From Macrostomum lignano (taxonomy: Eukaryota), in contig NIVC01000689.1 of the NCBI GenBank assembly GCA_002269645.1, forward strand, positions 1 through 64,000: 64,000 nucleotides of DNA. Reading direction: 5' to 3'. Below, piece after piece: positions 23,915 to 37,356 of the stretch. Below the pieces are notes generated by a model, which saw only the letters and a program-made list of their open reading frames with translations, ran no database searches and was not told where the DNA came from. Numbering within the stretch: the stretch's first letter is position 1; each line of letters opens with the position of its first letter. Both the position numbers and the translations under genes were made by a program.

Positions 23915-25715
23915 CTGAAAGGGTGAGAGGGAGGCTGGGAGAGATGGTGAGACAGTGTGAGGGAGAGGGTGAGAGGGAGGCTGGGAGAGATGATGAGACA
24001 GTGTGAGGGAGAGGGTGAGATAGAGGCTGGGAGAGATGGGTGAGACAGTGTGAGGGAGAGGGTGTGAGAAGGGCTGGGAGAGATGGTGAGACAGTGTGAG
24101 GGAGAGGGTGAGAGAAGGGCTGGGAGAGATGGTGAGACAGTGTGAGGGAGAGGGTGAGAGAGAGGCTGGGAGAGATGGTGAGACAGTGTGAGGGAGAGGG
24201 TGAGAGGGAGGCTGGGAGAGATGGTGAGACAGTGTGAGGGAGACGGTGAGAAGGAGGCTGGGAGAGATGGTGAGACAGTGTGAGGGAGAGGGTGAGAGAG
24301 AGGCTGGGAGAGATGGTGAGACAGTGTGAGGGAGAGGGTGAGAGGGAGGCTGGGAGAGATGGTGAGACAGTGTGAGGGAGAGGGTGAGAGGGAGGCTGGG
24401 AGAGATGATGAGACAGTGTGAGGGAAAAGAGAAAGGGTGAGAGGGAGGCTGGGAGAGATGATGAGACAGTGTGAGGGAGAGGGTGAGAGGGAGGCTGGGA
24501 GAGATGATGAGACAGTGTGAGGGAAAAGAGAAAGGGTGAGAAGAGGCTGGGAGAGGTGGTGAGACAGTGTGAGGGAAAGGGTGAGAGGGAGGCTGGGAGA
24601 GATGGTGAGACAGTGTGAGGGAGAGGGTGAGAGAGAGGCTGGGAGAGATGGTGAGACAGTGTGAGGGAGAGGGTGAGAGGGAGGCTGGGAGAGATGGTGA
24701 GACAGTGTGAGGGAGAGGGTGAGATAGAGGCTGGGAGAGATGGGTGAGACAGTGTGAGGGAGAGGGTGTGAGAAGGGCTGGGAGAGATGGTGAGACAGTG
24801 TGAGGGAGAGGGTGAGAGAAGGGCTGGGAGAGATGGTGAGACAGTGTGAGGGAGAGGGTGAGAGGAAGGCTGGGAGAGATGGTGAGACAGTGTGAGGGAG
24901 AGGGTGAGAGGGAGGCTGGGAGAGATGGTGAGACAGTGTGAGGGAGACGGTGAGAAGGAGGCTGGGAGAGATGGTGAGACAGTGTGAGGGAGAGGGTGAG
25001 AGAGAGGCTGGGAGAGGTGGTGAGACAGTGTGAGGGAGAGGGTGAGAGGGAGGCTGGGAGAGATGGTGAGACAGTGTGAGGGAGAGGGTGAGAGGGAGAC
25101 TGGGAGAGATGGTGAGACAGTGCGAGGGAAAATAGAAAGGGTGAGAGAGGCTGGGAGAGATGGTGAGACAGTGTGAGGGAGAGGGTGAGAGGGAGGCTGG
25201 GAGAGATGGTGAGACAGTGTGAGGGAAAGGGTGAGAGGGAGGCTGGGAGAGATGGTGAGACAGTGTGAGGGAGAGGGTGAGAGGGAGGCTGGGAGAGATG
25301 GTGAGACAGTGTGAGGGAGAGGGTGAGAGGGAGGCTGGGAGAGATGGTGAGACAGTGTGAGGGAGAGGGTGAGAGAAGGGCTGGGAGAGATGGTGAGACA
25401 GTGTGAGGGAAAGGGTGAGAGGGAGGCTGGGAGAGATGGTGAGACAGTGCGAGGGAAAATAGAAAGGGTGAGAGAGGCTGGGAGAGATGGTGAGACAGTG
25501 TGAGGGAGAGGGTGAGAGGGAGGCTGGGAGAGGTGGTGAGACAGTGTGAGGGAAAGGGTGAGAGGGAGGCTGGGAGAGATGGTGAGACAGTGTGAGGGAG
25601 AGGGTGAGAGGGAGGCTGGGAGAGATGGTGAGACAGTGTGAGGGAGAGGGTGAGAGGGAGGCTGGGAGAGATGGTGAGACAGTGTGAGGAAAAGGGTGAG
25701 AGGGAGACTGGGAGA
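23915..25715. repeat. 46-bp G-rich minisatellite (GGGAGAGATGGTGAGACAGTGTGAGGGAGAGGGTGAGAGGGAGGCT)n
   Basis: Direct reading; variant block repeated at 24019/24723. Confidence 0.97.
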
Positions 25716-27275
25716 GTAGCTGGGCAGTCTCCTAAGCCGAGCCGAGTATTGAGGCAGTCACTATAGCTAATAGCAATGTCAGCCAGAGTTAGGGACAGTC
25801 ACTTACAGCACAATACGAGCGTATGAGGCGGAGCTCACGCTTGTGGTTAGAAACTTTTTACTGAATACAATTGAAACTGTAAACATATTTGTCTTCAACA
25901 AGAAGGACTCAATAAAATATTACAATCGCACATTCGTCTGTCTTGGTAAATTCGTAATTCTGTTGGTTTTAAATGACATAAAAATACAATTAAAATGGAT
26001 TCTCTTCACCTATTGAAGTTATACGAGTAGATAGCAAAATAATGAAAGATGGAAGCAGCCCAGGCAGTGCACTGGCGCCATGCAGACTGGCCAGTTTATG
26101 CTCTTCGGGTTGTAAATTTGAAAATAAATTTATGCTTCAACCTTGGCCAACTGTAGGCATTGCAGTCTTCGTATTGCTTGGCGCGCTGAATTCGATATGA
26201 AAATTGTTTCTTTTAGTTGCTTAATTGCTGCATTGCCAAAGAGCTGGCTGGAAAGTTGGTTGAGGAACAGAGAGAAGACAGAGAAAAGGAGAAAGAGCGA
26301 GATTGATGAAGGGAGCTGAGATCTTTGGCACCTACTCGTAAGAAGATCAGTTTAAATCAAAATGACTCAAAAGTCGAGGTCGTGATAACAATATTAATTA
26401 TATAGGGATTTTTGGAGGCAACTCTGCTGACTCCTGAGACCTCATGGCTGTGAATGGCATAGCGAACCCCAAATGAATTGATTCTATATTGATCATATTG
26501 ATTAAAGAAACTTATCATTATACTTACAGTTGGTAGAAGCCGAAGTTGAAGATGAAAACCTTGCTGATCTGATGCGGAGTTGATGAAGTTGCTCAGTTAT
26601 TTCAGCAACGTCTGGCATAATCACAGACGGGCAATGTTGCCGGCTTTGAATTTATTAATTGCTTGGCCTGGAAGTGAAGCCGACAGACCAATTCCAGGAT
26701 TGGTCCGGCTGGACAGCCAATGGCAGACATTTTCGATTCTACGACTCGTGGAGTTGATAAATTATGAGAGATATTGGCGGAGAAGCAACTATCAGGTCTC
26801 AGGCTCGGCACAATCTTTCTAGAAGCCAGAAAATTATGAAAATTTGAAAGTCATAAAACAAAGACTACTCCAGTAGAAGGACGGGAAACTGCGTTCTAAG
26901 CGGGTTTTTTGTTTTATATAAACATCACATTTTTAGTATATAGGATGCTTATCTTGTTGAGTTCGCAAACGAAAAGGATTTTCACTGCAATAATTCGATA
27001 GAGCTACACCAAAGACAAGTCATACATGTATCAAATAATGAGCATTGGTCTTTGTCTTTGTTGAGTAGTCCTTGTTATAAAATCCCTTAACCGCCAGCAG
27101 TCTGATGGTAAGCAGTGCTTACCACGCTGACACTCCAATCCAAGCCTAAACTTTCGCGAGTGAGGAAAGTCTCTAAAGTCTATGGCTGGCCACAGGCCGT
27201 TCCGGTCGGCTATGGTAAGCAGAGCTTGCCATAGAATTGAAGTTAGTAAAATCAGATTGAGCAGCTCTTTAAAAC

Positions 27276-27648
<373 letters not shown>

Positions 27649-28068
27649 ATTCAGCCATTAGGGGTCATGGACAAATATTTATTCAAAAAGGAACTAGCTT
27701 TACTTTTATCCTTCCAAATAAAAAATTAGTCATTTGCCTTTTATACCGCAGTTGGTTGAAATCTGCTACAGATCTTCACGGTCTGGAAACAACTCGACTG
27801 AGGAAAAAATCGTACGAAAAATATTTTAACAAAGTAAAACAAAAGTAAGCAGATCGCACATTTAGATGCAAAAGTACTCCAAAACGCAAAAAAGAACATT
27901 GTGATATGTGTTTAGACAACTTTAAACTTTAAATAAACATAATAACTCAGTAAACATACAAACTACATTAAAATATACTGACTTGCAATATATTTTGACT
28001 AAGTTCGAGTGAACAGTTTGCCTTCAAAGATTCATTAAGGCAGACTTAGTCCAAATCGCAGTCGAAGA

Positions 28069-28857
28069 TCAGGCATGCCACTGCTGAAAGCAGGCTTCCA
28101 AGCAGAGCCCCGGTTCCCCTGGACACTCAGGGCAGCAGTAGATCGTGCGCTTGCTGCTTCCAGCTCTGTAGCAGACACGACAGCACTTTGTTGGTCTTGG
28201 CTGACTGTCCCGCGCCACAATCTTCGTTGGAAAGTGCGGACTGACTGGGCCACCTGGAGCGGCCTGGATGGCAGCGGCCGGGCGCTTCCTGCTCGTTCCG
28301 ATACGCTCCACCAGCTCCCGAATGCTGGCCTCAAGATACTTGGCGAACATATTCTCTCCACTGCACCGGCTGTACACAATCCAAGCGTTGCGAATCATTT
28401 GAAGAAAAAGATGCAAGCCGAGCTTCAAAAACCACTTTGTAGTTTTCCTCCCTGGCAGATGAGGCTGTAGATGACTGTCCATTCTGTCAACACCACCCAT
28501 GCACCGATTGTAGGTGAGAACTGACCTGCTCTTCTGCACCACTGTTTCTGCTCCTCCACGAACCACGCGTCTGGTTTGAACCCTCTCAGCCGCCTCTTTC
28601 GTGTCCAGCAAATACAGAGTCTTCAGGCCACTCTCCTTTCGCTCAACGATCTTGACAGCCAGCACCCTGTCTTTGCGTATGAAGGCGACGTCGTTAGGTG
28701 GAACGTGCAGCTGTCTGAGCTCAATCGGCACACCTCGGTCGGCCCGGACGGTACAAGTCAGGTGCGTTCCTTGAGTCAGAAGGTACTCTGACAGCCGATA
28801 GGAACCGAACCATTTGTCGACAAAGATGCGGTAGCCTTGGTGCAGCAAGTGGTAGCT
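28069..28857 (-). mobile_element. piggyBac-family transposase, C-terminal half
   Basis: GYRIFVDKWF (second catalytic Asp region), GTVR-like TCTVRADR, YNRCMGGVDRMD (third Asp), KWFLKL, C-terminal Cys-rich domain CRVC...CPEC...LC...CFQQWH; open to its stop; N-terminal half and TTAA/TIRs not found. Confidence 0.9.
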
Positions 28858-29321
28858 CTTAAAATGAAAAGCACCAAACTTTCGAAAAAAACTCATAACC
28901 TGAATAAACCAGAAAATTTCACAAACCGAAGATTCCAAAACCCCAAAGTTCAGAAAACCAGGTGAACTGCTTTAAAAAAATCTGAATTTCAGAAACCGAA
29001 AACACAAGCGTGTTGCTAACCAAGCTGAAGTAACTGGTAAGGATGCAGTCATAGGGAGTCTGTGCAGAGCGAAAGTGACGATAAAGTTTGTAAAATGGTA
29101 ACCTAAAAGAGAGAAGGGCAGAGGGGCAGATCTTCGGTTGCAGGAGGAGAGGTGGCTGGGGACCGCAGCTGGTGTGTTGCATTCAAGCCGAGGCCCCATT
29201 GACATGTTCAATGAAGCGAAGCGTCCATCACCGCACGCGCGCCTGCTCGGACTGTGGGAACTGCTGAGCCCCGAGCTGCCTGTGGGATCAGGCGAAGCCG
29301 CATTTGTGAATCCCGGGACCC

Positions 29322-30653
<1,332 letters not shown>

Positions 30654-31503
30654 GCAGGTTTGAGGTGATCAGTTCCGTGTCCGCCAATGATAATCCCAAC
30701 CTGATATCGAACGCCTCCCAGCGGAGCCGAGGGCAATCTGCTCTCCCCGGAAGTCATCAGGAAACATTATTTCATGCTTTTGAAGAAATTAGATGTTCAG
30801 AAGATTTTTTGCTTTAAAGCCGCCCAGCGATGAGTCACGCATTGATGAAGTGATCAGCCGAGGCTCAGCTGCCAGACGGAAGCTGGCACGCAAAGATTAA
30901 AAAAATTTCCCCCTTTTTAAGCCATTGACAAAGCCAAGAAAGAAAGCTGAACTGATGAATTTTCCGTGAAAGATTAAAAGAAGAAGAAGCAGGCAGAAGC
31001 AGAAAAGCTCAGAGAGAAAAAACAACAAATTATCTTTGGGAGACTTCGGGCGATTCGTGCGCAATTTTCAATGTCCTCATGTTTCTTAGAATTCAATGCC
31101 GCTTGGGGATTCGGTTGGGCTGGGGGATGTTAATCAAAGCCCCAGTTCAGTCTATTGCGTGTCTTTAGCGATTGGGGAAATCTGGAAAGAATTTCCCGGT
31201 TGAGATTTTCATTATCGAATGTTTTCCTGGTTTTTTTCTGCGACCCCAACCGATTACTGTATTTAAATTACGTAGAGTATAGTTTAAGCGGTCTACTGAC
31301 AGTAGGAAGTTTGAATAGTGTCAGCAAAATCTGCTTGGCTCGCTTCAATTTATTTTCACTAACTACGAGGGCAATACTATTAAGGAGTTATTCTGTACGG
31401 GTGAGGATGGGATGATAATTAACACACGTGAGCATTGGTACGGTGGTTATTTCACAGCGGACAAAATGTACATTAATGGATAATGGATAATTTGCTTGAA
31501 GAT

Positions 31504-31889
31504 TAGTCAGTCAGTCAGTCAGTCAGTCAGTCAGTCAGTCAGTCAGTCAGTCAGTCAGTCAGTCAGTCAGTCAGTCAGTCAGTCAGTCAGTCAGTCAGTC
31601 AGTCAGTCAGTCAGTCAGTCAGTCAGTCAGTCAGTCAGTCAGGCAGTCAGTCAGTCAGTCAGTCAGTCAGTCAGTCAGTCAGTCAGTCAGTCAGTCAGTC
31701 AGTCAGTCAGTCAGTCAGTCAGTCAGTCAGTCAGTCAGTCAGTCAGTCAGTCAGTCAGTCAGTCAGTCAGTCAGTCAGTCAGTCAGTCAGTCAGGCAGTC
31801 AGTCAGTCAGTCAGTCAGTCAGTCAGTCAGTCAGTCAGTCAGTCAGTCAGTCAGTCAGTCAGTCAGTCAGTCAGTCAGTCAGTCAGTCA

Positions 31890-31940
<51 letters not shown>

Positions 31941-32071
31941 AGTCAGTCAGTCAGTCAGTCAGTCAGTCAGTCAGTCAGTCAGTCAGTCAGTCAGTCAGTC
32001 AGTCAGTCAGTCAGTCAGTCAGTCAGTCAGTCAGTCAGTCAGTCAGTCAGTCAGTCAGTCAGTCAGTCAGT
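31504..32071. repeat. (CAGT)n microsatellite
   Basis: Direct reading. Confidence 0.99.
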
Positions 32072-32236
32072 AAAAGTCCGCAGCTGTGCCATCATCCATA
32101 GGGTTGGCATCGAAGTCCAGTCGGTCGAAGGCCTCCACAGTGGACTGTGGCGGCGAGCCGAAGTCTTCGTACTCGTTGCGGGCTTGCTCTCGGGCCAACT
32201 CGATCTGAGAGAAGCCGTCTTCCTGACTGGCTACGT
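32067..32236 (-). CDS. Candidate orphan gene exon 2 (acidic C-terminus ...NEYEDFGSPP...DGTAADFY*)
   Basis: Acceptor ccttttttcag|, GC-rich coding-like island between repeats; phase matches exon 1; not in the ORF track. Confidence 0.62.
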
Positions 32237-32384
32237 CTGAAAAAAGGATCAGATTTAAAAAAATGAATTCTTAGAATCGCACATTCTTTTTTAGAATGGA
32301 AAGCTAAAATAGAAGTGTCTTGGAATAGGAGATTTTTGGACGGGAAGTTCTTAAAATGACACTTTTTTACAAAAGTATCTTAGA

Positions 32385-33260
32385 ATGGGAGATTCTTAGA
32401 ATGGGAGATTCTTAGAATGGGAGATTCTTAGAATTGGAGATTCTTAGAATGGGAGATTCTTAGAATGGGAGATTCTTAGAATGGGAGATTCTTAGAATGG
32501 GAGATTCTTAGAATGAAAGATTCTTAGAATGGGAGATTCTTAGAATGGGAGATTTTTAGAATGGGAGATTCTTAGAATGGGAGATTCTTAGAATGGGAGA
32601 TTCTTAGAATGGGAGATTCTTAGAATGGGAGATTCTTAGAATGGGAGATTCTTAGAATGGGAGATTCTTAGAATGGGAGATTCTTAGAATGGGAGATTCT
32701 TAGAATGGGAGATTCTTAGAATGGGAGATTCTTAGAATGAAAGATTCTTAGAATGGGAGATTCTTAGAATGGGAGATTTTTAGAATGGGAGATTCTTAGA
32801 ATGGGAGATTCTTAGAATGGGAGATTCTTAGAATGGGAGATTCTTAGAATGGGAGATTCTTAGAATGGGAGATTCTTAGAATGGGAGATTCTTAGAATGG
32901 GAGATTCTTAGAATGGGAGATTCTTAGAATGGGAGATTCTTAGAATGTGAGATTCTTAGAATTAGAGATACTTAGAATGGGAGATTCTTAGAATGGGAGA
33001 TTCTTAGAATGGGAGATTCTTAGAATGAAAGATTCTTAGAATGAAAGATTCTTAGAATGAGAGATTTTTAGAATGGGAGATTCTTAGAATGGGAGATTCT
33101 TAGAATGGGAGATTCTTAGAATGGGAGATTCTTAGAATGGGAGATTCTTAGAATGGGAGATTCTTAGAATGGGAGATTCTTAGAATGGGAGATTCTTAGA
33201 ATGGGAGATTCTTAGAATGTGAGATTCTTAGAATTAGAGATACTTAGAATGATAGATTCT
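32385..33260. repeat. 16-bp minisatellite (TAGAATGGGAGATTCT)n in the orphan gene intron
   Basis: Direct reading. Confidence 0.97.
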
Positions 33261-33576
33261 TAAAGTTGTTTCCTAGAAAATGTGACTCCGAAATTGAAGA
33301 TTCCTATTAAAGTTAACAATAAAGAGGTTAATTCCTACAGGTAGATACCAGTATTTGAGTTGTATGTGAGATTTCGCAGGAGAGACTGAGAGATTCTTTT
33401 TAGTGATTCTTTCTGAGAATGATTCTTTCTTAGAATGGACAATGACCAATACACGATGAAGAAAGACGGGAGACTCTGTGGATTGAGGATGTGCAATGGA
33501 CGATTTTGAAATCAAGCATGCAGTTATATTTCAAAAGCAACGCATGACTGCACGAAATGAAGCTGTACTGTCTGAC

Positions 33577-33859
33577 CTCTCAGGCACGTGGCGGCGAAGT
33601 CTCCGCTGCCCTTGCAGCTGCTGGCAGCGGCCGAGGCCAAAGTCGGCGGCGCCAGGAGACTCGGTCCATTGGACGAGACGCTGGGCATCGGCGACTGCGG
33701 CCGCAGCTGCCGACCGCCTTCCTCGACATTCGCAGCGCCGCTCCACACGGCGAACAGGCGAGTGGGGATTTTCTTCAGCGAATCCGACCGCGACCGTCGA
33801 CGATGTTCGTCGATTCTCCGACAATTTGAGGAAGAAAATTTCGACCCGGTGCAGCCCAT
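33577..33859 (-). CDS. Candidate orphan gene exon 1 (MGCTGSK..., predicted myristoylated/palmitoylated); spliced product 150 aa
   Basis: ccggATGG start, MGCxxSK motif, GC-rich open frame, donor AG|GTCAGA phase 1. Confidence 0.62.
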
Positions 33860-34308
33860 CCGGTGAGGGCGCTCTGCAGGGCCACCGACTGTGTGGGTTG
33901 AGATAAGTTTTTTCAGTTTCACCGGTTGGATTAGACTTTCAACTTTTGCCTACAGTCACGCCTTCCATGTATTTCTATACCATTGGCCTAAGCCAGCTAA
34001 ATATGCTGTGGCTGCACCCATGCAGCAGTGCATTCACCCGCGTACACTACGGAGTGGAAAGAGAGCGGGTGAAGTATAGAGCGGAAGCAACAGAAGCCTC
34101 AATCGATTGCTAGCTTTGGGAATTCAATCGATTGCTTTGAAACTAAAAATTATAATGGCCTGGAGACGAGGCCTGGCACTGCTGAGCTCCGACTCGCACG
34201 TGCAACGGGAATTGGATAGTGGCGCTGGCCCAACAGGGAAGTTTTTTATAAAATGCGATTTTTATTATTTACAGTAGCGTGTTGAACGATTCCAGGGAAT
34301 GAAAGATT

Positions 34309-34860
34309 TTAGGAAATGGGTAACTCTAGGAAATGGTTAATTCTAGGAAATGGGTAATTCTAGGAAATGGGTAATTCTAGGAAATGGGTAATTCTAGGAA
34401 ATGGGTAACTCTAGGAAATGGTTAATTCTAGGAAATGGGTAATTCTAGGAAATGGTTAATTCTAGGAAATGGGTAATTCTAGAAAACGGGTAATTCTAGA
34501 AAATGGGTAATTCTAGGAAATGGGTAATTCTAGAAAATGGGTAATTCTAGGAAATGGGTAATTCTAGGAAATGGGTAATTCTAGGAAACAAGTGATTATA
34601 GGATAGGGGCGATTCTAGGAAATACCCGATTCTAGGGAACGGGCGATTCTAAGAAAATTATTGATTCTAGGAAACGGTGATTCCAGAAAACAGGTGATTC
34701 TAGGAAAAATGTGATTCTAGGAAACGGGTGATTCTAGGAAACGGGTGATTCTAGTAAACGTGTGATTCTAGGAAACGGGTGATTCTAGGAAATGGGCATT
34801 TCTAGAAAATGGAACTATTGAGGGATTCTAAGAATAAGATAATTCTAGGAACTCAGCAAT
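34309..34860. repeat. 17-bp minisatellite (ATTCTAGGAAATGGGTA)n, decaying rightwards
   Basis: Direct reading. Confidence 0.93.
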
Positions 34861-35199
34861 TCCAGCATATAGGAGATTCTATATATAGATGATTCTTATA
34901 ATAGGAATGTGTTATTCTAGGACTGTGCGGTTTTATAAATGGGCGATTCGAATGGTGAGTAATTCTAGGAGTCTACACGTAGGCACGTTTGATTCTAGAA
35001 ATTGGTGGTTCTATAAGAATATTTGCTGTTCTTCTAGTGAGTCTTTCAAAGAATCGATGTTTCCTTGGACCTGTGAAGGGCTATAAGGGAAAAACTAGGC
35101 TGCCTACTCATAGTAGGAAAAACAAGTGCCAACTTATAAATAGTTCGTTAGCGAACGAATAAATTCTCTTTATCAAATCTAAATTAGATCGACAAAAAG

Positions 35200-35680
35200 T
35201 CATCAGGGGCGCCAAATAGACACCAGTGGCGCCAAATAGTCATCAGGGGCGCTAAATAGTCATCAGGGGCGCCAAATAGTCATCAAGGGCGCCAAATAGT
35301 CATCAGGGGCGCCAAATAGACACCAGTGGCGCCAAATAGTCATCAGGGGCGCCAAATAGTCATCAAGGGCGCTAAATAGTCATCAGGGGCGCCAAATAGT
35401 CATCAAGGGCGCCAAATAGTCATCAGGGGCGCCAAATAGACACCAGTACAGTGGCGCCAAATAGTCATCAGGGGCGCCAAATAGTCATCAAGGGCGCCAA
35501 ATAGTCATCAGGGGCGCCAGACACACCTCAGGGCGCCAGACAGACCTCAAGGGGCGCCAGACAGACCTCAAGGGGCGCCAGACAGACCTCAAGGGGCGCC
35601 AGACAGACCTCAAGGGGCGCCAGACGCACCTCAGGGCGCCAGACAGACCCTCAAGGGGCGCCAGACACACCTCAGGTCAC
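35200..35680. repeat. 20-bp (GCGCCAAATAGTCATCAGGG)n grading into 21-bp (GCGCCAGACAGACCTCAAGGG)n
   Basis: Direct reading. Confidence 0.93.
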
Positions 35681-36389
35681 TAAGAGACCTCAGGACTCCA
35701 AGTTGTGCGCTCTGTTTCCAAATCAAAGATGCGCCAGTTTCATTCAATGAAACTGGGAATTTATCTCAATTTCTTATTTCTCCTAAGCCTAATTCCCCAC
35801 TATCAGTTAACCTTAGCTCCGCCTCTGTGTGTCTCACTTGTGAAAGGGATTATCAAAGCTATAGGAGAAACGGACAGGGATTATAGAGATGAGCCTTCTC
35901 AACTCGCGACTCTCAACTCACAACACACACTATGCCTACTCAGCTGACTGAACTCAGCGATTAAGCTAGCGGCAAGTTTATCTATATATTATATAAACTG
36001 CTGCTAACTTTCTCCTCCATTTGAGCTTCATCAATACTCTCGCTTGACTTGCATTGTGCATATTGCTAATCTAGAATCTTCTGCTGCTCAAGAATCTGAC
36101 AGACAGGAAATCCCGGGCACCAATCACTCCTCTATCAGTCATTGATCCATCCAGCAATTCATTTCTAATACTTTGGAGGTTTCCAGATCCCGAAGGACTG
36201 ATCTATCATGCCGTATCATGCTTCATTATTGTCAGGGAGGTCGGGCCAGGGCATCCTTGGATTATGCAGTAGCGGGGGGGGGGCTGGGAGTATTCAATTT
36301 TGTTTGTCGATCTCTGCATCCCGATGCAAACCGCTAGCGATTGACAGATGGTGTGAGAGACAGCTGCTGGGGTTTCTATTGCTGCAGAC

Positions 36390-36625
36390 TCGGCTTGTGG
36401 CGCCAACTTCAGATCATCTATGAGGCTTGTGGCGCCAATTTCAGATCATCTATGAGGCTTGTGGCGCCAACTTCAGACGGGTTATAGGGGCTTGTGGCGC
36501 CTACTTTAGATGATGAGCTAAGGTCTTGTGGCGCCAACTTCAGATCAGCTAAAGAGCTTGTGGCACCAACTTCAGATAAGGTGTAGACGCGCCGACTGAG
36601 GAACTATGGGGATTGTGGCGCTAAC
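36390..36625. repeat. About 33-bp degenerate tandem repeat (GCTTGTGGCGCCAACTTCAGAT...)
   Basis: Direct reading. Confidence 0.85.
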
Positions 36626-37024
36626 TGAAACCTGACTTCAAGAGTTATTGCGCAGTCAAAAGGATGGCCTAAATGATTGAATAAGTTGGAAAGAGTAGTG
36701 CTTTGAGGCTCACTGAATGACAAAATTTAATGAACCTGCTAAAAGCATCCTGCATGCATCAGCATTACAGTTCACCACTTCCCTATTTCAGGGCACCTCT
36801 AAGAAACGTTACAACACGCTATAGTTAACAAGGTCCGTTAGCAGCCATGAGTGGCCGCTCAACAGGGAAGCGGTTTCCTTAAGCCTCGAGGAAAAACCAG
36901 ATATCAGTTGTTGCTGATAACACGCCTGTAGCCTCTAACTGGCTTATGGTTTCTTTCATCTAGCAATTTCGCAAGCATCAAAAGCAGTTCACAATATTGC
37001 AAAACAGTTTAATTGCGGAGTCAG

Positions 37025-37140
37025 GCTCAGCCAATGAGAGGAGCCTAATTGTCGCCAGTCCCAGCTGAACTGCTCATTGGCCGCAGCCTCACCCGCCACC
37101 TCATCTCCTCCCCTCTGCCAACCCGTCTATTTAATTTGAA
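37025..37140 (+). promoter_or_regulatory. Putative evx proximal promoter (two CCAAT boxes, TATA-like TATTTAA)
   Basis: AGCCAATG about 37030, CATTGGC about 37076, TATTTAAT about 37127, roughly 100 bp upstream of the ATG; motif match only. Confidence 0.35.
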
Positions 37141-37229
37141 GTTTGACAAATTAAATTTCTCAGTGAAGCATCTATCGAACGGTGGATTTGATTTCTGTTG
37201 ATATTATCAAGGACACGCTGATCTCCATC

Positions 37230-37356
37230 ATGGCCAGTTACAGACAGCAGCGGCGGCAGGCGGACTTTCTTCTGTCCGGGATGGACCGCCCGATCTCCGA
37301 CGGCGACCCCGACGACACGGCCGAGCCGTCGTCAAGCCTGAGCGACGCGGGACATG
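37230..37356 (+). CDS. evx: Even-skipped homeobox gene exon 1
   Basis: ATG 37230, GC-rich frame MASYRQQRRQADF...; donor G|GTGAGT phase 1 matches exon 2. N-terminus inferred from splice logic. Confidence 0.7.

Noticed and set aside
26270-26830. Decayed charged coding-like tracts (also 30730-31080)
   Set aside because: Multiple stops, no recognisable family, no consistent splice structure.
27105-27235. Two related ATGGTAAGCAG.GCTT.CCA hairpins as piggyBac or Helitron ends
   Set aside because: No TTAA-CCC terminus or CTAG end in the right position.
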